From positions 186,001 through 250,000 of the IMG/VR virus record IMGVR_UViG_3300032334_001259: 64,000 bases of DNA. One strand, 5' to 3'. The notes beneath the pieces were generated by a model. That model did not search any database. It had not been told where the DNA came from and saw nothing but the letters and a program-made list of their open reading frames with translations. Shown piece after piece: positions 57,942-64,000 of this stretch. The position numbers and the translations under genes were made by a program. The stretch's first letter is position 1. Every line of letters starts with the position of its first letter.

Positions 57942-59081
57942 TTAGGTTGGTGTCCAACGATGTCTTGGAACCAATTTAACATTAGGTTCACCAGCTTTAC
58001 CATAAGCAACATAGCCCTCACCACCAGGCTCACCTTTTGTAGTTTGTGTAATGTCACTTAGTTCACTGTCAATTTGTTCAATAATATTATTCTTGATAGC
58101 ACGTAGATTTTCTAATACATTAAATGTAGCAAGGAATCCACGACTATTCTTGTTTACCCATTCAGTAATCTTATTCTGCATAGGAACACTTTGGCGACTG
58201 CTTGGTAACCATTCTAAAAACTTGTTAGCAAGTCCAGTTGTAATACCACTACGTGCCATTTGGTTGTTAAAATTATATAATACTTGCTTAAATCCAGACA
58301 TCTTCATAGCTGCAAGATTCTGGTCATTTAAGAAATTATCAATAGCAATCTTATTTGTGGCAACATACTTCTGTAAATTAGCAAGTGCAGTTGTATCTAT
58401 TTTTGGTTGTGATTGGGCATAACGTGGACCTAATACAATCAAGCCAGCAGTTTTATTAAATGCTGTAAAATCATTTATAGGTTGTTGCTCATCATCACTT
58501 AAACCAAACTCTGGGAAGTAAGCATGACCAACAGCTGCTGCTGTGCTTTTTGCAATACGTTGTCCAAGTTCACTATTTGCCTTAACACTGTATGTTACAT
58601 TGTTTGGTGTAAATGTGTAAGCACCGTCTTTAAGTGGTGGACGATTCATATAAAGTAAATCAGCATATACATAACCACGAAATTCTTTCGGTGTAGCTGC
58701 TTCAAATAGCGGCCAAAGGCTTGCAAATTGTGTAGCAAATGCTTGTCTTTGCTTGATTTCTTCTGGTGTTTCTGCTTTACCAGTTTGCATAATAAAACGT
58801 GCAAGGTCACCTGCACTTTGTGATTTACCATCTATGGTTCGTTTTAACCAACCGTTGTGACCAACCATGATGAATTTACCATCAGGTTCACGTCCCCAAT
58901 ATACTTGTGGTTTGCCATCCCATTTCCAACGAATATTTTGCTGTGGATTTTTGGCAATTTCTGCAAGTTTGTTTATTGCAGTAGTTGCACCCAAACTACC
59001 ACTTATAAGAACCAAGTCTTCAATATGTTGGAAAGCACGACCAACTTTTGGTGCTTCGGTAAGGATTTGGTTTATAAACAT
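57942..59081 (-). CDS. DUF6267-like protein with KxDG ligase/nucleotidyltransferase-like motif
   Basis: HIEDL, KWDGKP, YADLLY, GEGYV, KLVPR; leader MFINQILTE-A. Confidence 0.6.
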   Translation of the reverse strand: MFINQILTEAPKVGRAFQHIEDLVLISGSLGATTAINKLAEIAKNPQQNIRWKWDGKPQVYWGREPDGKFIMVGHNGWLKRTIDGKSQSAGDLARFIMQTGKAETPEEIKQRQAFATQFASLWPLFEAATPKEFRGYVYADLLYMNRPPLKDGAYTFTPNNVTYSVKANSELGQRIAKSTAAAVGHAYFPEFGLSDDEQQPINDFTAFNKTAGLIVLGPRYAQSQPKIDTTALANLQKYVATNKIAIDNFLNDQNLAAMKMSGFKQVLYNFNNQMARSGITTGLANKFLEWLPSSRQSVPMQNKITEWVNKNSRGFLATFNVLENLRAIKNNIIEQIDSELSDITQTTKGEPGGEGYVAYGKAGEPNVKLVPRHRWTPT

Positions 59082-59722
59082 TATAAAATATTTAGTTTGT
59101 TTTTTCTATATGGGCCACGAGATTTTCCTTTTCTTGCATTCCCCATTTTAATACGTGTTTCACTTGATAAAGTTCTTCCTTTAAGAGATGAACTTATTTT
59201 TTGTTTTGTTTCTTCCGAACGTTTTTTTCCTTTATTTGCATTACCTATTTTTTCACAAATTTCTTTATTGTTTGGGTTATTTTTCTTTACTTTGCTTAAT
59301 TTGGCACGATGCTCTGGTGATTTTATTTTTCCTTTTGTTGCAATACTTAAATTATCGCAATGTTTTTTGGAAAATATTCTGCCTTTTTGTACAATACTCA
59401 TTTTAATTCGTGTTTCTTTGGATGGTGATAATCCACTTATTCCATCGCCGCCATCTGTTTTATTATGTAATATACCAGTGCCAATATCTTTGCGACCATA
59501 CCACGCAATCATACGCCGTTCTATTGCTAATGCACCTATTTCGGTTAAATTATGTTCTAAAATAATAATATTATTTTTGTTTTTTGGTGTAGACGTATTA
59601 TAATGCTTTTCATATGCACGTCTATCTTTGCCTTTACCAATATAATATGGAGTTAAATCATCTGCTCTTATATAAGCATATACGTAATATCCGCTTGGCG
59701 GATTAGTGCTGGTAAATACCAT
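59081..59722 (-). mobile_element. Free-standing GIY-YIG-like homing endonuclease with NUMOD3 repeats
   Basis: YVYAY...[17 protein letters not shown], repeated SxETRxKMS; TATAAATA at 59780-59787. Confidence 0.8.
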
Positions 59723-59798
59723 TGCTGTGTTCCCTATAAACATAGAGTAGGTAGGGCTGCAACCCGTGACCTACACTATTATTTATAATTTAATTATA

Positions 59799-60275
59799 TT
59801 ACAAATTTTCTAAAAACCACATATAGGTTGGAACAGAGAACTTTAATCGCCATTCACCATTCCATCCTAAATTTTTATAACTGTCTGGAAGTGGTTCTGC
59901 TTCATACTCTGCTGAACCATTGATTTGTTTATGATATTTTCCAAGACTGTAAAACAAATAGTCTAATTCAATTTCATCAATTTCTATTTGTTTAATGTTT
60001 AACAATTGGTCTGCAAGTATATTACCATTTTCATCAACGGGTGTGTGACGATTCTGTTTATCAACAAGTCTTATCTGTAAAACATGATCGCCTTCAATTA
60101 AATCTTTGCTAAAAGTGATGACTTTTTCATCACCACTTTCTGCTTTTTCTACAACTTCACCAGATTCAATAAGTTCACCATCAAGTAGCACTTGGTATTT
60201 TGGCGGTTCATTATGCCAAATACTATCTAAAATAACTTTAAATTCTACAAGTTCACTATCAAGTTCTTCACTCAT
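59799..60275 (-). CDS. Acidic hypothetical protein (beta-sandwich-like)
   Basis: LGWNGEWRLKF...PTYMW. Confidence 0.6.
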   Translation of the reverse strand: MSEELDSELVEFKVILDSIWHNEPPKYQVLLDGELIESGEVVEKAESGDEKVITFSKDLIEGDHVLQIRLVDKQNRHTPVDENGNILADQLLNIKQIEIDEIELDYLFYSLGKYHKQINGSAEYEAEPLPDSYKNLGWNGEWRLKFSVPTYMWFLENL

Positions 60276-60278
60276 TGT

Positions 60279-61190
60279 TTAGCCTTTCTTAATGGCATCC
60301 TTGTTAATGTTTTTATTTAATTTTAATTTAATTGGTTGTGGTGCTGCACCTGGTGGTTGTGGAGCCTGACCGCCCTGTGGTTGTTCAAGTGGATATTTTG
60401 CATCTGGATTAAGATGATGTGCACCACCATTGCTAATTTGGTTAGTAAGAACCTTCTTAAGTTCTTCTACGTTACCTTCATACTTGTGATAACCAGTGTG
60501 GTCAAGTTTAATACCTGTATCAGCAAAAATCTTACCACCAGCCATACGCCATAGGTAACAGAATGTCCAATCTTCGGAAAGATAATTGTCATCCTTGTCA
60601 ATCATGGTATCAAACAAACCATACATAAGTGGTTCATATTGCGGACCAATACCGATATTATCACGATATTTTAATTCTGGATGTAGGTTGATAAGTTGTT
60701 CAATCACCTGACGCTTTACCATCATGAAACCAGTTCCCAATGTAGAAACTTCAACGAGGTCACCCATAGTAACTGGATTTGGAACAGTGTTAATAACATA
60801 ACGAATTGGAATACGCTTCATTGGATAAACACCACCAACAACATCTTGGTTGGCAAGTAATAGACGAATGATTGCTTCTGGATCAAAACCAAGGTCAACG
60901 TCAATAAACATCAAATGTGTAGCAGCTTGGTTAAACAAGAACTTTGCAACAAGGTTATTACGACCACGAGTAATAAGTGATTCGTTAACCATTGTATCAA
61001 TGCTATAGTTAAGTCCCATCTTACCAGCAATGATACCAAACTTAATCATTGCGATAAAGGTTGCTTCATTACAAAGTCCACCATACATTGGCAAACAGAA
61101 ATGAATATGTTGTTTTCTTAAAAAATCCAATGCCTCTTGTGGCAAACCAAAGGTATTATCTTGTTGTGGTTGATTTAATTGTTCTGTCAT
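60279..61190 (-). CDS. GT2-like glycosyltransferase
   Basis: ESLITRGRN, HLMFIDVD (DxD), GTGFMMVKR, LSEDWTFC, LDHTG. Confidence 0.75.
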   Translation of the reverse strand: MTEQLNQPQQDNTFGLPQEALDFLRKQHIHFCLPMYGGLCNEATFIAMIKFGIIAGKMGLNYSIDTMVNESLITRGRNNLVAKFLFNQAATHLMFIDVDLGFDPEAIIRLLLANQDVVGGVYPMKRIPIRYVINTVPNPVTMGDLVEVSTLGTGFMMVKRQVIEQLINLHPELKYRDNIGIGPQYEPLMYGLFDTMIDKDDNYLSEDWTFCYLWRMAGGKIFADTGIKLDHTGYHKYEGNVEELKKVLTNQISNGGAHHLNPDAKYPLEQPQGGQAPQPPGAAPQPIKLKLNKNINKDAIKKG

Positions 61191-61251
61191 TGATCTTTCC
61201 ATAAAGTGTAGATATAATTAGTTATCTACTACAAGCAGTATGACAGAATTT

Positions 61252-61623
61252 TTATGTATTGTAAAGAACTTGATTAATATTACCAGAAGTAAAGTTAGTA
61301 ATATGTGCACGGCACCATACAAAATTACCAGTAAAATTAAAGAAATAACTACCAGTGATTGGTGTAGTTCCATCACCAATTATAGTTGATGTAATATCAA
61401 ACCAATCACTGTCGGTTGGGTTTTGTAGTAATGATGCTTGGAAATCAATAATCCCAACAAAGTTAGATAAGTTGTAACTTACTGTATGCAAACCATCTGT
61501 GTAACCATAGTATCCATTACCTTTAACTTTGTCACTGCTCCAAGTTGTGCTACTGCCATTATATGGTCCATTTGCTTGACCATATGCAATAGAATTTAAC
61601 ACTACTTGTGGGATACTACTCAT
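61252..61623 (-). CDS. Hypothetical protein, likely structural
   Basis: GYYGYTDGLHTV, NFTGNFVWCRA. Confidence 0.55.
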   Translation of the reverse strand: MSSIPQVVLNSIAYGQANGPYNGSSTTWSSDKVKGNGYYGYTDGLHTVSYNLSNFVGIIDFQASLLQNPTDSDWFDITSTIIGDGTTPITGSYFFNFTGNFVWCRAHITNFTSGNINQVLYNT

Positions 61624-61625
61624 TA

Positions 61626-61796
61626 TTATTCCGCTTTTTCAATTTCAACGATTACTTTTTCACCAACAAGTTCCTGAACAACTGCTTCAATGTTTTCAAC
61701 AACATCACTACTGATGATTGTTTTTGAACTTGATTCTTTGTCAGCAACAAGTTTGCTTACTTTGATAACCAATACTTCTTCGTAGATTTTTGCCAT
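61626..61796 (-). CDS. 56-aa hypothetical protein absent from the ORF track
   Basis: MAKIYEEVLVIKVSKLVADKE...VIVEIEKAE; GGAG SD and TAAATA at 61812-61817; fills the gap exactly. Confidence 0.7.
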   Translation of the reverse strand: MAKIYEEVLVIKVSKLVADKESSSKTIISSDVVENIEAVVQELVGEKVIVEIEKAE

Positions 61797-61797
61797 C

Positions 61798-62139
61798 TTA
61801 TGACTCCATAGTATTTATTCGTGGTTTACGTCCACGCTTTTTACCACCACCACGTGCGGTGCCATTTGGTTTAATATCATAGGCAAGGCCAAGACGTGTA
61901 GGTTCCATACCATCAATTTCCATAATTTTATCAGTTGGAACACTAAACTTACGACCATTTCTATGACTTGCAATAAACTTAAAACTGTTATCTTCCCAAA
62001 CTACATTATCTACATTTAAGAATAGTTCTTGTTCACCTGGCATACCACCAAAAACTTGAACAGGACATTTAGCAAGTATTCTTGTTTTTCTATTAATTAC
62101 TTTCTTTTCAATTAATGCACGTGTTAGATCTGTATTCAT
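61798..62139 (-). CDS. Hypothetical protein
   Basis: IDGMEPTRL; C-terminal KKRGRKP (AT-hook-like). Confidence 0.55.
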   Translation of the reverse strand: MNTDLTRALIEKKVINRKTRILAKCPVQVFGGMPGEQELFLNVDNVVWEDNSFKFIASHRNGRKFSVPTDKIMEIDGMEPTRLGLAYDIKPNGTARGGGKKRGRKPRINTMES

Positions 62140-62855
62140 TACGCTTTACTCTCTTTCTTAACATGTTTATAAATCTTATTGACGCCATCCTGAAACATCA
62201 TATACATAAGTGGAATATTGTCACCACTTTTGGCAAATACACGAACAGCACCATAATAATAACCACCACTACCAATATAACCATCCACAATTTTCTCACA
62301 CCAACGGTCAAGTTCATATGTCATGCTTAAATCGTCACTGTTGGTTTTTACAAAATTATATAATTCAATTAGATTATCTTTCTGTGTTGATCTACCACCT
62401 ACTCTCCAACCCCAATAGGTATGAAAATCAATTTGATATTTGATATCTGGATCATACTTTATTGCACTGATAAGTTTAACATCAACAGCAATATTGTCAA
62501 GTTTATCCAACTCATCAACATATTGTATATTACTTGTTGTTAAACCATAAACATGTCCAAGCATTTCTGGATCATCAAGAAACGCATCAAGAAGTGACGT
62601 TTCATTTGTAAAAACACGCAAACATCCTTCTTTACGCACACGTGCGGTTGGATCAAGTGCTAATACTTTTTTTCGCAAAGGAGTTGCATGAGTATAAGAA
62701 AAATTCCTTATACTACCATGTGGATCGCCTAATTCCAAACGGAATCTATACTTGTTCTTATACCAAGTTTTAGCTTCGCTTGTTACACGCCAATGTGGAA
62801 TTACGTTTTTAAACTTTTCCTGATATTCAATCAGCGTTTGTTCTGTCACTGCCAT
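62139..62855 (-). CDS. Hypothetical protein
   Basis: Overlaps the end of clpA. Confidence 0.55.
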   Translation of the reverse strand: MAVTEQTLIEYQEKFKNVIPHWRVTSEAKTWYKNKYRFRLELGDPHGSIRNFSYTHATPLRKKVLALDPTARVRKEGCLRVFTNETSLLDAFLDDPEMLGHVYGLTTSNIQYVDELDKLDNIAVDVKLISAIKYDPDIKYQIDFHTYWGWRVGGRSTQKDNLIELYNFVKTNSDDLSMTYELDRWCEKIVDGYIGSGGYYYGAVRVFAKSGDNIPLMYMMFQDGVNKIYKHVKKESKA

Positions 62856-64000
62856 TTTCTGCCACCAATTCTAACTTGTCATCAAGCAAGTCTACTTTAA
62901 TTGTAACACTGTTCTGTGATTTGTCAAACAGTATTTTCTTTGCAAGTGGAACCTTGATGTGTTCATGAATTGTGCGGCTCATTGGTCTTGCACCAAGCAA
63001 TGGGCTATAACCCTTCTTGACAAGCCAATCATAGGCAGCGTCAGTAATATCAAGTGTGATATTTTTACCTGACATCTGTGCTTCAAGTTCAGCAATGAAC
63101 TTTTCAGCAATCTTACGGATAGTTTTGCTATCCAGTTTGTTGAATGTAACAATCGCATCTACACGATTGCGGAACTCTGGACGGAAATGTTCTTTAACAG
63201 CAGTTTCAACAACATCACTACGATCTTGGCTGCCAAAGCCAATAGCAAGACGTTCACTATCAGCTGCACCAAGATTACTGGTCATAATCAGCAATGATTG
63301 GCGACAATCAGCACGTTTACCATTTGTGCCAGTGATGAAACCCTCATCCATAACTTGCAACAATACTTGTGCAACATCAGGATGTGCCTTTTCAATTTCG
63401 TCAAATAATATAATACAATGTGGGTTCTTGGCAACTTCACTGATAAGCAATCCACCAGCAAGATTAGCATCATCATAACCAACATAACCTGGCGGAGAAC
63501 CAATTAATCGTGAAATGCTATGCTTTTCTTGATATTCACTCATATCAAAACGTAGCAGTTTCATATTAAGTTTTTCACTTAACTGTTTAGCAAGTTCTGT
63601 TTTACCAGTGCCAGTTGGACCAAGGAACAAGAAGGAACCAACGGGCTTGTTATCAGCCTTCAAGCCAGCTTGACTTACCCATACACGATCAAGAACTGCA
63701 TCAACCGCCGCATCTTGATTATAAACTTTACGTTTAATTTCTTTGTCAAGAGTTGGCATAAGTTTCTGTGTATTCTCTGCACCAAGCTGTGACTCTGGAA
63801 TACCAGTGATACGGCTCAATTCACGGCGGATTTGTGCAACATCAATAGTGCGTGATCCACGTGACTGTGTGCGGCGTAGTGCTGCGGCACTATCAATAAG
63901 GTCAATAGCCTTATCTGGTAGACGTTTATCTGCTTGATAACGATGACTTAACATCACTGCTTCTGTGACAGCAGCATCTGTAATCTTAACATTATGAAAT
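62827..64000 (-). CDS. clpA: ClpA/ClpB family AAA+ chaperone, C-terminal part (truncated by the window)
   Basis: RLPDKAIDLID, GPTGTGKT, RFDMSEY, RLIGSPPGYVG, FDEIEKAH, GARP; no long ClpB middle domain. Confidence 0.9.
   Translation of the reverse strand, partial: FHNVKITDAAVTEAVMLSHRYQADKRLPDKAIDLIDSAAALRRTQSRGSRTIDVAQIRRELSRITGIPESQLGAENTQKLMPTLDKEIKRKVYNQDAAVDAVLDRVWVSQAGLKADNKPVGSFLFLGPTGTGKTELAKQLSEKLNMKLLRFDMSEYQEKHSISRLIGSPPGYVGYDDANLAGGLLISEVAKNPHCIILFDEIEKAHPDVAQVLLQVMDEGFITGTNGKRADCRQSLLIMTSNLGAADSERLAIGFGSQDRSDVVETAVKEHFRPEFRNRVDAIVTFNKLDSKTIRKIAEKFIAELEAQMSGKNITLDITDAAYDWLVKKGYSPLLGARPMSRTIHEHIKVPLAKKILFDKSQNSVTIKVDLLDDKLELVAENGSDRTNAD

Noticed and set aside
58857-59603. 248-aa + strand hydrophobic ORF
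   Set aside because: Antisense to the Lys-rich endonuclease; Phe/Leu richness follows from reverse-complemented AAA codons
1-64000. Stop-codon reassignment, tRNA genes
   Set aside because: Long genes are intact in the standard code, TAG and TGA both act as stops, and no intergenic cloverleaf was seen

Overview
This is a gene-dense, AT-rich fragment of a large T4-superfamily-like (probably jumbo) myophage genome in the standard genetic code. I found no tRNA, rRNA or CRISPR array. Layout: (1) 1-8.6 kb, + strand: baseplate and tail-fibre genes behind TAAATA late promoters. (2) 8.6-20.8 kb, + strand: a coupled operon of four glycosyltransferase-like genes and five tandem radical-SAM paralogues, meeting a DegT aminotransferase, an NDP-sugar epimerase and thyA/folA on the - strand. 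(3) 25-39 kb, - strand: early and replication genes (MoxR AAA plus vWA-metallopeptidase, RNase H, sliding clamp, family B polymerase) under sigma70-type TTGACA promoters. (4) 41.8-59 kb, - strand: late genes sharing an N-terminal leader like the T4 capsid-targeting sequence and many (L/I/V)-x-E prohead-protease-type sites. This block includes a 2845-aa polyprotein with nucleotidyltransferase, ParB-like, HiPIP, ART-like and two amidoligase domains. (5) A partial ClpA at the right edge. Signals not in the ORF track: an ArfA-like 38-aa gene (28919-29035); a three-hairpin RNA whose loop is antisense to the shared ribosome-binding motif of neighbouring early genes (26691-26801); a -1 frameshift signal that would add an amphipathic membrane-targeting helix to an aromatic-free acidic protein (40168-40215); and an RBS-sequestering hairpin over the polyprotein's late promoter (57489-57515). 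All family calls come from motifs read by eye, with no database searches.
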